DNA of 63,999 nt, filler included, from Sanchytrium tribonematis (GCA_018985235.1; 6 parts of 6 records of this genome joined end to end with filler, not necessarily neighbours in it), one strand, 5' to 3'. Shown: positions 12,344-23,894, counted from the first letter of the whole stretch. Notes: generated by a model not told the origin, from the letters alone. Translations and numbers: made by a program.

Positions 12344-12442
12344 TTCAAGGGGAATCTCCCCAAGTGATCTTTGATTCACTGATAAAAAAGATAGGTAAAC
12401 AGCGTGGACAGCCAATATACGCTGCAGGGATTCATTATCAAT

Positions 12443-13444
12443 TTATTGAAATAAATGAGATAAATAAGTTGCTGCTTCTAATGTAGATGTAAATGATTTG
12501 TGAATATAGGATACAGATACGCTCTTGATCCTTTTATTCAAATCCTCATCACTTCCAATCACCCATTCACCAATTTCAAATATCCAATTCACATGATTAT
12601 ATTCTGTCATTTGAATCCTATAATACTCATTTGGACTTGTCACAATATAAATAGCATTCATTAATTCAAATTCGAAATAAGCACCTATAAATGCATACAT
12701 TGGATTTAAATGATTTGGCAGCAAAGACACCAAATTCCCATTTATATCCAATTTCTTTGAAATCAATGTCAATTGCATTCTACCATGTAATTCCCATTCA
12801 CCTTGCTCTACTCTTTCTGCTCTAAATGGTACATCACTATAATACGCATGACATGACACTACAGAATTGTCATTTTGATGAATAATAGCCATTCTTGAAT
12901 CCATTTTAAATAATTCACGCACTGGCATGGAATTGGATGTCATGATTTTAGCATATAAATGATCATCTGTTGCTTCTAATTTCATATATCGACCATCTAT
13001 TTCCGAATCTTGTGAATAAGTATTGTAATTTGCAATTGAATGAATATATTTCCCATTTTCATATGCACGAATAGAGCATACCCAATTGAATTGTATTAAT
13101 GGTGCTTTGATGATGGTACATTTTAATGATGAGATTTGAAAGGATCTATTTGTAAATGTATCTATTTTCATTGTATATCCATTTAATAGAGATATGATTT
13201 CATTGAATGTATATTTTTCATTCTCTACATCTTTATTAATTGTTAAAATGGCCAATAATTCATGATTTGATTTATAAACATGCAAATGAGTCTCAATTAA
13301 TTTCATTTCGTAATCACCTATACGTCTCATTTGATTATATTGTAAATCAATCATATATTTGCGATTTAATAAATATTGGATTGGATTTTGATTATGAGTG
13401 CATTTCATTAAAATGGCAAATTGGAATACTAACAACAATTGCAT
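12443..13444 (-). CDS. Orphan secreted protein, paralog B
   Basis: MQLLLVFQFAILMKC signal-like; shares NWxC, VVSCxx, MYAxIG and AIYIV...EYY blocks with paralog A. Confidence 0.7.
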   Translation of the reverse strand: MQLLLVFQFAILMKCTHNQNPIQYLLNRKYMIDLQYNQMRRIGDYEMKLIETHLHVYKSNHELLAILTINKDVENEKYTFNEIISLLNGYTMKIDTFTNRSFQISSLKCTIIKAPLIQFNWVCSIRAYENGKYIHSIANYNTYSQDSEIDGRYMKLEATDDHLYAKIMTSNSMPVRELFKMDSRMAIIHQNDNSVVSCHAYYSDVPFRAERVEQGEWELHGRMQLTLISKKLDINGNLVSLLPNHLNPMYAFIGAYFEFELMNAIYIVTSPNEYYRIQMTEYNHVNWIFEIGEWVIGSDEDLNKRIKSVSVSYIHKSFTSTLEAATYLSHLFQ

Positions 13445-13459
13445 TTCGGATTTAAAGGA

Positions 13460-13559
13460 NNNNNNNNNNNNNNNNNNNNNNNNNNNNNNNNNNNNNNNNN
13501 NNNTTAATTAATTAANNNNNNNNNNNNNNNNNNNNNNNNNNNNNNNNNNNNNNNNNNNN
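13460..13559. other. Artificial contig spacer
   Basis: N-run with TTAATTAATTAA core. Confidence 0.97.
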
Positions 13560-13720
13560 TTGTAATAAATGCGGATCCTTGGAATTGATTTGATTGGTTT
13601 TAAAGCTCTGTAAAATCTAAAACACAGACACATTACGCCAATGGGATGCATCTCAATTCCAATGTTGTTCGTGGAGCGTCAAAATTATACAATTCAATAG
13701 AAAATATTCTCAAAAACTAT

Positions 13721-16700
13721 TTACTGTGTGCGTTGTTCATATGCCTTGATCATATCACTTTGTCCCCCACTCTGACTAAATGCATATCCAGATCTCTTTT
13801 TAATTTGAATATGTTTCACTTTCTTGACAATGTTTTGAATACGTTCTCCATTTTGACGTACCCCACTTTGTCCATTTGTTTGCATTTCCTGTATAATATG
13901 ATAACTGTCATATCCATAATGTCGCTTATAATATTTCCATGCAATATCCCGTGACAATGCCAATGCAGGCACAATCACACAAATACTCCAAAATAATCCA
14001 GATCCATATAATTCACTCGATATTCCAAATAATTCCACGCCCATATTCAAAGTAGGCCCTATACTACTAAAAGCAGGTAAAAATAGAATCCAAACAAATA
14101 ATGATCCAAATATAGCAATATAAGCCCAAATCGTCCACCAACTCGTCAACAAGGCTGCTTTTCCAGTCACGACAGTCAATACAACTGTATATAAAGTACA
14201 TCCAATATACCACAACCCACCTACATTATTTTAAATTACTATTCACATTATCCTTTTTACCACCTTGAATATGCTGTGAATTATCATGATAATTAAATCC
14301 CATTAAATAAAATACTGCAAAATAACAAATTAACGAGTGATAAATGCCATTTAATGCAATACCCCAAAAGGATTTAGAATTAAAAAAGTGTTGATGTTGT
14401 CCATAATGGTATAATTGAGGATATTTTAATAAATTATTAGAATGAATAAATTGTTCAAATATACCAATATAAAGGGGTTGAAAAGCCGTAAAAAATAAAT
14501 TATACGCTGCCAATGACCATGATTCATAAATAGTTTGACCTGTAAATCCATTTTGAAATGCAAACCACAATTGCGTAAATTGAAGTGCAATATTCTTGTA
14601 AAAACAATATAAAATTAATTTGGATATTCTGTTGTAGGCCCATGTGCCATGTACGAGTAATAATTTCTGTAAATATCTAAATTGAGCAATAGCCACATCA
14701 CTAGCACGTGCTGCTTGAGTGCCTTCTAATCCATTAATGCCAATTCCAACATGTGCAGCTTGAATCATGCCTACATCATTGGCACCATCTCCAATGGCTA
14801 ATGTGAGTGTTTTCAAGTGCTTCTTGACTAATTTAACCACCAATGCTTTTTGTAATGGACTCACTCTACAACAAATAACAGATTGACACAAACAAGCTAA
14901 TCTCAAGAAATCTAATTCAAATTCACTTTCTAATGCATATTTGAGTGCTTTACCAGTAACTACCAATGCTAATGGTGATTTACTAGTGTCTAAATCATCT
15001 GATTTGTATGGATTACCAGTGAAAAATGAGAATTTAGAAGGGGTAATTTCACTTGGAAATACGGGTAAATTCCGACTTGATTTCACCTTGGTTAATTGCG
15101 TATCTAAAAATGATTTAAATTCTTCTTTTGTATCCACATCACATTGCATTAAATCCATATCTCCATTTAACAATTTACAACTAAATCCAATATTAATGGC
15201 AGTTTCTAATCTGTCTCCTGTTAAGACCCATATGCGAATACCTGCTTGGATTAAATTATAAATGGTATCTGGTACACCATCTTGTAATTTATCTTCAATT
15301 GCAGTACATCCCAATAAAAATAAATTGGTTTCTATTAATTCTGCACATTTATCCAATTCTTCTTGTCGATTTACAAGAGTCGTGGATGCTTTTTCATATA
15401 ATTTAGACCATTCTGTGTATTCTTGTTGTGGTATTTCTCTACTGGCTAAACACAAAGTACGCAATCCTTCATTGGCATATTCACTTAATGCTTGATTGGT
15501 GATTTCTATAAATGGATTCTGATTGGATAATCTTTCTAATATCACAGTATCAGCACCCTTGCAATACACCACTAATTTACCATCTGGATTTCTGACAATG
15601 ACACTCATTCGTTTTCTAGTTGAATTAAATTCATTCACTTGTAATATTTGATATTCTTTTAATTCATTCTTGACTAGGATTTGAATAGAATGTGGTTTAC
15701 GATTCATAAAGATGTAATCTAATAATCTAGCACCCTTGACTAGTGCTGATTCATCTGGACTACTAGCTTGATAAATAATTTGATTGAGTGAATTTGGATC
15801 TTGAATATTTAATTCTGTCCCATCTGGCATTTCTGGAATGACAGTGTGACATGCACTTAATAATAACAAGAATTCATGAACAATTTGACCATGTTTGTCA
15901 TTGGATTTAGAATCTAATTTTAATTGGTCAAAATCATGAATGGGTAAATTGCCATCTTTTTGAGGTCTATCTGAGTAGCATTTACCAGCAATGCATGCTT
16001 GTCTGAATTCCATGATATTACAGGTTAATGTGCCTGTTTTATCACTAAAAATGTACTTGATTTGACCCAATTCTTCAACCAATGAACTGGTTCTACAAAT
16101 TGCATGGGATTTAATGGGAGGATAATACATGTCATTATCACTGTTAATGAGATATGCAGTGACTGCCTTGACAATTTCCATAGTGACCATTAAAGAAATA
16201 GGAATAAGGGAGTTGAATAAAATTAAAAATGTGGTAAAATTCTTGATGAATTCTAATGCGTAATTGGATGGGTCATTTTTGATAAGATTGGCAGGATCTT
16301 GTAGATACCATCTATCATCTGTATTATCTGACTGATTATTACTTGAAATGGTGATTAATAAGCCAATAGAACAGAATAATGACATGAAAATCATCAAAAT
16401 AAATAAAAACACAATTTGGCGATTTGTCTTCTTTTCTACATCTGTTCTTTTGATAGGTGCACTAGTGGCATTTCTCATTAATTTGGTTTCATGACCAGTG
16501 AAGATAATCATGCCTTGGATCCATTTGGTGTTTCTTAATTGACATCCACGTAAAAGCATCTGTTCTGGTCCTAATGGGCATTCCATGTGTCCGTCTCTAT
16601 TATTAGATGGTTTAGATCTATTTAGAGTGGCTATTCTTGGATTATTGTGGCCATCTGGGGTTAATATGCCATGCTCATTAATTTGACCGCCTTCTAATTC

Positions 16701-17384
16701 CTTGTTTAATTTGTATCTGAGGGTACCATCAAATGTATAGAGACTATTATTAGGTAATTCACTCTCAATATATCCATCTATTTCCTTTAATTGAGCTGGA
16801 TTCATCCAGGTGACAGTTTCAGGGCGACATTGCTTGATTTTCAAATTGGTTTCTCCGTCTAAATTGCTGGTTTCTACGTAACATAGACCATCTGGCTCAC
16901 TAGTACTCAATACGATGATATCTGCAGGGAAATAATTGGAATTTTCTACTTTTACGATATCACCCACTTGGCATTCAATCCACTGCTTAAAGACGAATTC
17001 ATTGCCAACCAGGACTTGTACTTTACGGTGATTCACTTCATTATCTGATTTGTGTCTTTTGGAATCCTCAATGGCCTCTTTAAATGCTGCTACACATAAA
17101 ATAAAGATCAATGGACCAATTGTGGTATATCTGCTAGTTGGGGAGATATTTGGGATTTGTTGGAGGATAGAGATGAATAAAAAGAACATATTGGCATATT
17201 TGCTGAATTGTTCAAGCATAAATTTGGGAAAAAAGGATGCTAGGGAATATTTCGAGGTAGAAATTGAATTATCTAAATGCTTAGATGGGTGATTAAATTG
17301 GATTAATCTTGATTTGGGTGCTTCTGTATTTGCACTGGCTGTCGCTTTGTAGCTGCGACCAAGTGTCTTTTTAATATCGACCAT
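13721..17384 (-). CDS. DRS2: P4-type ATPase phospholipid flippase (Drs2/ATP8A-like); join(14240..17384,13721..14220), 1214 aa
   Basis: DGET, DKTGTLT, GDGAND, C-terminal GYAFSQ regulatory motif. Confidence 0.92.
14221..14239 (-). other. 19-nt intron GTAATTTAAAATAATGTAG
   Basis: Excision gives AAT A|GT GGG TTG TGG (NSGLW), joining the last TM segments. Confidence 0.88.
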
Positions 17385-17569
17385 TTTTGAGAGTCGAGTC
17401 GGTGTTTCAGGTTAGAAAAAAAATATTTTGTAAACGTGATTATGGCCTGTGACGACTGTACGTCGTTTTTGACCAATAAAATGGGATAAATTCGAGTATG
17501 AAAACGAGTCATCAAGACCAAAGATGAGTTCTGCTCGATGTTGAATCGGTGGAATATTCTAAATAGAAA

Positions 17570-17592
17570 ATTCTAATTCGATCCCAATCAAA
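17570..17592 (+). promoter_or_regulatory. 23-nt upstream element ATTCTAATTCGATCCCAATCAAA (copy 1, contains CCAAT)
   Basis: Identical to 19504..19526; similar distance upstream of the ATG of paralogous LRR genes. Confidence 0.6.
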
Positions 17593-17635
17593 TTCATTAA
17601 ACAGAGTATAAACAAAAACTAGACCCATTTCTTGA

Positions 17636-19447
17636 ATGTCATCAGAGTGTTCTAGCTTGAGCAATCTAGCAAAATCATTAAATCACCCACAATATGCAGT
17701 ATTTGAATGTCCTCAAAACCAATCCCATTCAAATTATACCCTTTGGAATGCTTTGGGTGTACAATTAAATGTTAACTACTCGGTCATTGCAATAGATTGG
17801 AGCAATAAGGGATTAAATGGAACTATTGCCAACACATTGGGTTCATTGAATCATTTGACCGTTTTGAATTTGAACAACAATCAAATTATAGGGGTCCTTC
17901 CTGCACAAATGCCTCTCTCTTTGGTCACATTGAATATAGGAAACAACATATTACGTGGTTCCTTGCCCAATATGCAGAATATGGTGACTTTGAATATCCA
18001 ATACAACCAATTTTCCGGGTCATTGCCCAATTTCCCAAATTTGGTAAGGCTATACGCAAATTACAACAGTCTAAGTGGAAATATCACAACATTGCCTCTC
18101 AATTTAGCACAATTAGGCATCAGTTTTAACAAGTTTAGTGGTGCATTTCCCGCCATATCTAGCAAATATAATTATTTGCAAAATATTTACATCAATTACA
18201 ATGATTTCACAGGAACCTTCTCACTTGCTTCATCAAATACGCAAGCCATTTCAATAGATAACAATAGGTTCACTTCATTACAGTTGACAGGCTACAATTT
18301 AGCATTGTCACGGCTTTATGGGTTTAAAAATCAATTGACAAATGCGAATTTATTGAGTGCATATAACTTGATAACATTGGATCTTAGTAGCAATTTATTA
18401 ACAACTGCGCCTGAATTACTAACAAACACACCAGTTTCTATCCAATTGAGTAACAACCAAATCACCTATGTTTGGATGCCACCTTCTGCAACGTTTTTTG
18501 ATGCAGGAAACAATCAAATTACATCCATGTCGCCATATATTCCAAGTGGATTACAAAAATTGGTTTTATCCAACAATGCCATTACTCAGAATTTGACAAA
18601 TGTAGTGTTTCCATCATCCTTGACGGAATTATTTTTAACAAATAACTCATTCAGTGGAACATTAAATGTCACTTCAGCTGTAAAATCAATCGATGTGTCG
18701 TATAATCAATTGAATAGCGTCATTATTGGGGATACAAGCAATTTGTTTATTGGTAATTGCAATTTAAAGTTTAATCCACTAGATCCTTCTAAATTGGGAA
18801 GTTTGACAAAAAGGTGTTTATATTCTCCTTTGAAAGCACCAGCTACAACAAGTACAACAGCAGCAACTTTGAGAACTAGTCAAATGTCATCTAGCAGTCA
18901 CTCGGATCAAACATCCTCCTTGATTGCAACTTTCCAAACTACAGCAAATCCTGCAACATCCTCAAAATACCCATTCTCCACTCATTCTACATTTGCGTCA
19001 ACATTTGTCGATGGGCACCAAGTATTATCCATGCTGGATCAATCCTCTTCCAGTGAAACGACTGAGAATTGGTCTTCTGACAATGTTGCATCTGATTCTG
19101 CCAAATTGATACCCACGCGTGTATTATTCCGTCATTCATCAACATTCCAATCTATAAATGATACCCAATCACCATTATGGACTACTGAAATCAATGGTGC
19201 ATTCACGGATACCCCGCTTCCATTACAAACATCTCAAAATGGAAATGACTCGACATTTAACAATCAAAATGCATTTATGGGCATGTTGGGTGGTAATCTG
19301 ATCTATATCCTGGTTGGTTCTGTCATTGCGCTCATGATTATCTTGGTGATATTAGGAAAAGTGATTAAACGACCAAAAATCAATAGTAAATTTGCCAGAA
19401 ATTCAAGCAATGGTACTCTACAAACGACTGCTACATCACAGAAATAA
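17636..19447 (+). CDS. LRR receptor-like membrane protein (LRR ectodomain, S/T stalk, one TM, short basic tail)
   Basis: LRR consensus, Ser/Thr-rich region, TM LIYILVGSVIALMIILVIL followed by KVIKRPK. Confidence 0.88.
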   Translation: MSSECSSLSNLAKSLNHPQYAVFECPQNQSHSNYTLWNALGVQLNVNYSVIAIDWSNKGLNGTIANTLGSLNHLTVLNLNNNQIIGVLPAQMPLSLVTLNIGNNILRGSLPNMQNMVTLNIQYNQFSGSLPNFPNLVRLYANYNSLSGNITTLPLNLAQLGISFNKFSGAFPAISSKYNYLQNIYINYNDFTGTFSLASSNTQAISIDNNRFTSLQLTGYNLALSRLYGFKNQLTNANLLSAYNLITLDLSSNLLTTAPELLTNTPVSIQLSNNQITYVWMPPSATFFDAGNNQITSMSPYIPSGLQKLVLSNNAITQNLTNVVFPSSLTELFLTNNSFSGTLNVTSAVKSIDVSYNQLNSVIIGDTSNLFIGNCNLKFNPLDPSKLGSLTKRCLYSPLKAPATTSTTAATLRTSQMSSSSHSDQTSSLIATFQTTANPATSSKYPFSTHSTFASTFVDGHQVLSMLDQSSSSETTENWSSDNVASDSAKLIPTRVLFRHSSTFQSINDTQSPLWTTEINGAFTDTPLPLQTSQNGNDSTFNNQNAFMGMLGGNLIYILVGSVIALMIILVILGKVIKRPKINSKFARNSSNGTLQTTATSQK

Positions 19448-19503
19448 ATCATTCCATATTTGATGGCTATTTTATATATAGATTATTGGTAAATCGATGG
19501 AAT

Positions 19504-19526
19504 ATTCTAATTCGATCCCAATCAAA
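19504..19526 (+). promoter_or_regulatory. 23-nt upstream element (copy 2)
   Basis: Identical to 17570..17592. Confidence 0.6.
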
Positions 19527-19572
19527 ATGCGCTCATTTGGTTTAAACGTGAAAATAGACCCATTCTTTAGCA

Positions 19573-20229
19573 ATGTCAAACGAATGTGCAACATTGAAAA
19601 ACTTGGCAGTCTCGTTAAACCATCCAAATCAAACTGCATTCAATTGTCCTGCAACAGTTACTCAAATCAATACGGTATGGGTGACTTTGGGGGTGACTAC
19701 TGATTCAGCTGTTGGTAGACCCATTACATCCATTAAATGGTCAAATACCAAGCTATCTGGCTCTCTAACGCAGTCAGCACTCTCAAGTTTCACCAAATTA
19801 CAGATTTTAGATCTCTCAAACAATGCAATAACAGGTCCTCTCCCTTCTTTTCCCTCTACTTTGACCACTCTCTACTTGAACAGCAATCAATTCACTGGTA
19901 CATTACCACAACTCCCATCTGGTATGATCACACTATCTGTTATGTATAACTCATTAACTGGCACACTTCCCTCTCTCCCAGCATCTCTGACCTCTTTATC
20001 CGTCACCAATAACCAGTTTAGTGGTACATTACCACCATTGACATCCCTCACCTACTTTGGTGCCCAATCCAACAATTTTGAGGGTCCTTTACCAAATATT
20101 CCAAATATGGTCTGGTTATATCTCCAAAACAACAAATTAAGTGGTCCTATCCCCAATTTACCATCCACACTCATAGAATTGGGTCTAGCAAATAATGCAT
20201 TCAATGGCACTTTCCCATTGATCAGTAAT
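19573..20229 (+). CDS. Tandem LRR paralog, 3'-truncated
   Basis: MSNECATLKNLAVSLNHP matches MSSECSSLSNLAKSLNHP; regular LRRs. Confidence 0.85.
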
Positions 20230-20329
20230 NNNNNNNNNNNNNNNNNNNNNNNNNNNNNNNNNNNNNNNNNNNNTTAATTAATTAANNNNNNNNNNNNNNN
20301 NNNNNNNNNNNNNNNNNNNNNNNNNNNNN
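20230..20329. other. Artificial contig spacer
   Basis: N-run with TTAATTAATTAA core. Confidence 0.97.
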
Positions 20330-20418
20330 GAGTGGAAAAAGTAGCAAAAGCGGTCGGAATTCGAATTTTTCGAGCCCATTCCTTTGTTTCAAAAATTAAG
20401 CATTATACTAAAAGCAAT

Positions 20419-21943
20419 TTACTTTACAGGTACTAAGGGTGCAACATTTTCATGCAACATATTGTGCTCTTTACCTTCAAATTGATTCAAATATCTTAAG
20501 CCTAAAGTTTTCCATACCTGCTCTACTTTCGAAACTAATTCATCGATTCTTTCTTCTGTATGAAAAGGACTAGGTGTAATTCGCAATCGTTCAGTAGCAA
20601 CTGGTACAGTAGGATGATTAATTGGTTGGACATAGATACTATATTTTTCCAACAGCATATTTGAAGCCTTCAAGGCATGTTTTGCAGAACCCACATACAA
20701 TGGCACAATGTGGCTTGGATTTGGAATTACAGGAATACCAGCAGCAGCGAATTTTGATTTTGTTAATTGTGCATGCTTCTGTTGCAAATAACGTTCTTTC
20801 TGCGATTTTTTCAAGTAATTTACGGAGGCTGTTGCAGCGCAGGCCACAGGAGGGGGTAAACTAGTTGTAAAAATAAATCCGGGTGCGTAAGATCTCACAA
20901 AATCAACACATCTAGCAGATGCCGCCAAATAACCTCCGACACATCCGTATGCCTTTCCTAGTGTTCCAGTAATCATATCAATTTGATCCATAAGATTCAA
21001 ATACTCCGCAACACCGGCACCGGTTGCTCCGTACATACCCACAGCTAAATAAGAATTAATTACCATGAACTTCATCTAGAAAAGTGAGCGCATTGTAACG
21101 CTTGGCCAAATCAAGAATTTCTTGGATTTTTCCAACACTTCCACACATACTGTATATAGACTCAAATGCAATTATTTTTGGAGCTGAAAGAGGAACAGAT
21201 TGTAATAATTCTTCCAAATGAGACATGTCATTGTGTTTAAAAATCTTTTTATGCGCTCTTGAGTATCTGATACCATGAATCATAGAAGCGTGGTTCAAAG
21301 AGTCACTAAAATAGTAACACTCCGGAAGAGAGGAACCGATTGTAGATAAAATTGCATCGTTGGCTACATAACAAGAAGTAAATACAAGCGCAGATTCCTT
21401 CTTGTGCAAATCTGCCAAACTGTTTTCTAGTTCAACATGCAACCTGCTTGTACCTGAAATATTTCGCGTTCCTCCTGCACCAGTGCCATATTTTTTGGTT
21501 GCGTCAATCATGGCGTTTGTGGTTATAGGATGACGTGACATTCCAAGATAATCATTTGCACACCAAACAGTGATTTCATCTCTTTTGTTATATTTGATCA
21601 ATTCAGCTCTAGGGAAATTATCAGCTAGACGAGTAATTGTATTAAAATAACGATAAGAATTGTCATTTTTCTTTTCTTGTAATTTACCGTCATAAAAACT
21701 CTCATAATCAAATTTCATCCATTCAGAGGCGGGACATTCATTAGGAGGTACACCTTTTGATGATTTTAACTGTCCTTCTGATGGATGACCCACTGAGGAA
21801 TTATCTTTTTGTGTTTTTGTTTGAGTTCTAATAAATCTTTTTGCTACAGGACATGCACCAACAAAAGAGTGAAGAAGTCCGGATCTTTGGCTAATATATT
21901 TCAATTCCTTTTTACAAACATTTGTTAAAAATGGGCAAGACAT
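20419..21943 (-). CDS. HEM1: 5-aminolevulinate synthase; join(21064..21943,20419..21044), 501 aa
   Basis: CP heme-regulatory motifs, [25 protein letters not shown]; intron removal restores DEVHAVGMYG. Confidence 0.95.
21045..21063 (-). other. 19-nt intron GTAATTAATTCTTATTTAG
   Basis: Excision gives CAT G|CT GTG = DEVHAV. Confidence 0.94.
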
Positions 21944-22068
21944 TGAGATGATTGAAACGTGTTTCTCCGAGGCTTATTAGAAAACTCTGAAATTTATCAC
22001 ATGAATAGCCATCAGACAATGCAATTCGCCAAAAATCAATGAACCAGATTTAAATGATGTATTGTAAT

Positions 22069-22503
22069 CTAAATTGGTTTTATTTTAAAATGCAAACTCA
22101 TAATGCTTAAAACTAAAGATTTCAAGTCTTGTACCAGATAGTAGTATATCCTCAGTCCTTCTGGATCTTTTGAGGCATTGACTTCATTCAAAGAGCCTAT
22201 CTTTGATGTTCTACCTTTCCAAGTATCTTCGCCTAGTTTTATTACTAATTCCATTTTGCCAATTTTGTCTGGAGACGGCCACAATTTTTCATCTTCTCGA
22301 GTTATCTCAGCATCTTCTATGATACGTAAAAACTCTGAAAGCGTTAGTTTGGACAATGCTACTTGCTTTTTGATGACTTGGTCATTTTTATAATTAGAGT
22401 TATTAGAATATTTAAGAATACCATCCTTTATGGAAAATTGAAAATACTCGTGGCCAAATTCACCTTTATGTCCCGAATAAAATTGCAAATAAAAATCTGA
22501 CAT
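22069..22503 (-). CDS. MAGO: Mago nashi (exon junction complex core)
   Basis: [39 protein letters not shown]-terminus. Confidence 0.95.
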   Translation of the reverse strand: MSDFYLQFYSGHKGEFGHEYFQFSIKDGILKYSNNSNYKNDQVIKKQVALSKLTLSEFLRIIEDAEITREDEKLWPSPDKIGKMELVIKLGEDTWKGRTSKIGSLNEVNASKDPEGLRIYYYLVQDLKSLVLSIMSLHFKIKPI

Positions 22504-22532
22504 TGACTTTCTCAGAAAGTTTCAAAAAATAT

Positions 22533-23042
22533 ATGATATCTGAACCACAAATTCAAGAGATGCTTTTATGGATTGATAAGATTCCTTTATCTAGGCCAAA
22601 GAAAAACTTCAGCAGAGATTTTAGCGATGGAATGCTTGCTGCTGAAGTTTTAAAATACTATTATCCCAAAGTTGTGGACCTCCATAATTATCCATCCACA
22701 TCAAGTGTGCAACAAAAACTTGAAAATTGGAGGATTTTAAACAATAAGGTTTTGAAAAAATTGGGTATAAAGGTGACTGACAATCAAATACAATCAGTTG
22801 CGTCTTGTAGTTTAAATGCAGCAGAAGAGGTAATGGTGTTGATAATGCAAAAAATCAATACAAACAGCCCAAGCCACAGCAACTCTTTTAAAGGTGAACC
22901 AATTGAAGAACTGGCTTCAATGACGAAGATCCCAAACTATGAAGAAACCATTCAAATGCTTCAAACTAAGATAGAAAAACTGGAAACGTTGATCGCATTA
23001 AAAGACAGGAAAATTGAGCAATTGCGGGGTTCAAATAAATAA
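22533..23042 (+). CDS. SPEF1: SPEF1/CLAMP-like CH-domain flagellar protein
   Basis: WIDKIPLSRPKKNFSRDFSDG...VDLHNY...NWRILNNKVLKKL plus C-terminal coiled coil. Confidence 0.85.
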   Translation: MISEPQIQEMLLWIDKIPLSRPKKNFSRDFSDGMLAAEVLKYYYPKVVDLHNYPSTSSVQQKLENWRILNNKVLKKLGIKVTDNQIQSVASCSLNAAEEVMVLIMQKINTNSPSHSNSFKGEPIEELASMTKIPNYEETIQMLQTKIEKLETLIALKDRKIEQLRGSNK

Positions 23043-23057
23043 CAGATCGTTTATTCT

Positions 23058-23340
23058 TTATTGTCCGCCAACTTGCATACTAAATAAGTTAAAATTACGG
23101 CATAGCATCAATAACGTCATCTTCACCCATTCCCAACGAATCTGGAGAATCATCATCCCGAATTTGAACACCATCATATGTAAATTTGAATCCACCTTTG
23201 TCAATACCGTTTTTTTCAGCCCATGCTTTCAAGATTTTTGCGAAAGGTGTTGTTTTCTTAACCTTGAAAGTGAGTTCTCCATGACCATTCGAATTGACTT
23301 TGATATTGATAGTATTATTCTCGCCAGCATTAGTGTCCAT
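23058..23340 (-). CDS. SMT3: SUMO (Smt3); join(23099..23340,23058..23079), 87 aa ending QVGG-Q
   Basis: INIKV...FKVKKTT...F.YDG...LGM.EDDVIDA; the diglycine appears only after splicing. Confidence 0.92.
23080..23098 (-). other. 19-nt intron GTAATTTTAACTTATTTAG
   Basis: Excision gives ATG CC|T ATG CAA GTT GGC GGA CAA TAA. Confidence 0.94.
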
Positions 23341-23430
23341 TCTCAAAAGTTTGTTTCAATTGTATCCCTGGAATGCCATGTCATTAATTTAATTAATGGT
23401 ATATTTATATAAAAATTGCTTCAAACGCAT

Positions 23431-23501
23431 GGGACTTTGGTGTAGTGGTATCATTCATGCTTTGGGTGCATGCGACATCGGTTCGATTCCGGTAAGTCCC
23501 C
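23431..23501 (+). tRNA. tRNA-Pro(TGG), intronless
   Basis: Acceptor GGGACTT/AAGTCCC, anticodon stem CATGC/GCATG with loop TTTGGGT, T-arm ATCGG-TTCGATT-CCGGT, downstream T-run. Confidence 0.92.
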
Positions 23502-23591
23502 TTCTTTTTCTCTTGTTCTCAATTTTAATGTCAGCAATTTCGCATTTTAATATTAAAGCTTATTAAGATTGTGACAGATTGTAAAAAGTAT

Positions 23592-23894
23592 TTATTTTTC
23601 TCTCAAAAATTGCTCCAGGTCAGATGCAATTTTAAACAAAGGTTCTGCATCTTGACGAATCTTTTGTATCGCATACTCGATATTCCCTATTGGGGTCAGT
23701 GGAATTCCCTCAAAAGATTTTATTATTTTTATCCTGTGACCGACAATTGTTATGCCCATCTCTTTCAAGTCTTGGTGATTCAGAAGTTTGTAGTTACGAT
23801 CATCTATTCCATACTCAAGAAATGCCCGTAGATATCTCGTCAAGTTTACGCTTTCCAAAGCTTCCTCCAATAAAACTTGTTTCATTTTAATCAT
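23592..23894 (-). CDS. Small SAM-domain protein
   Basis: LESVNLTRYLRAFLEYGID...DLKEMGITIVGHRIKII SAM consensus; start uncertain. Confidence 0.8.
   Translation of the reverse strand: MIKMKQVLLEEALESVNLTRYLRAFLEYGIDDRNYKLLNHQDLKEMGITIVGHRIKIIKSFEGIPLTPIGNIEYAIQKIRQDAEPLFKIASDLEQFLREK

Noticed and set aside
17606..17622. 17-18 nt GT...TAG segments upstream of both LRR genes (also 19540-19557)
   Set aside because: They lack the T(-8) of the consensus and removal creates no signal peptide; more likely part of the shared promoter
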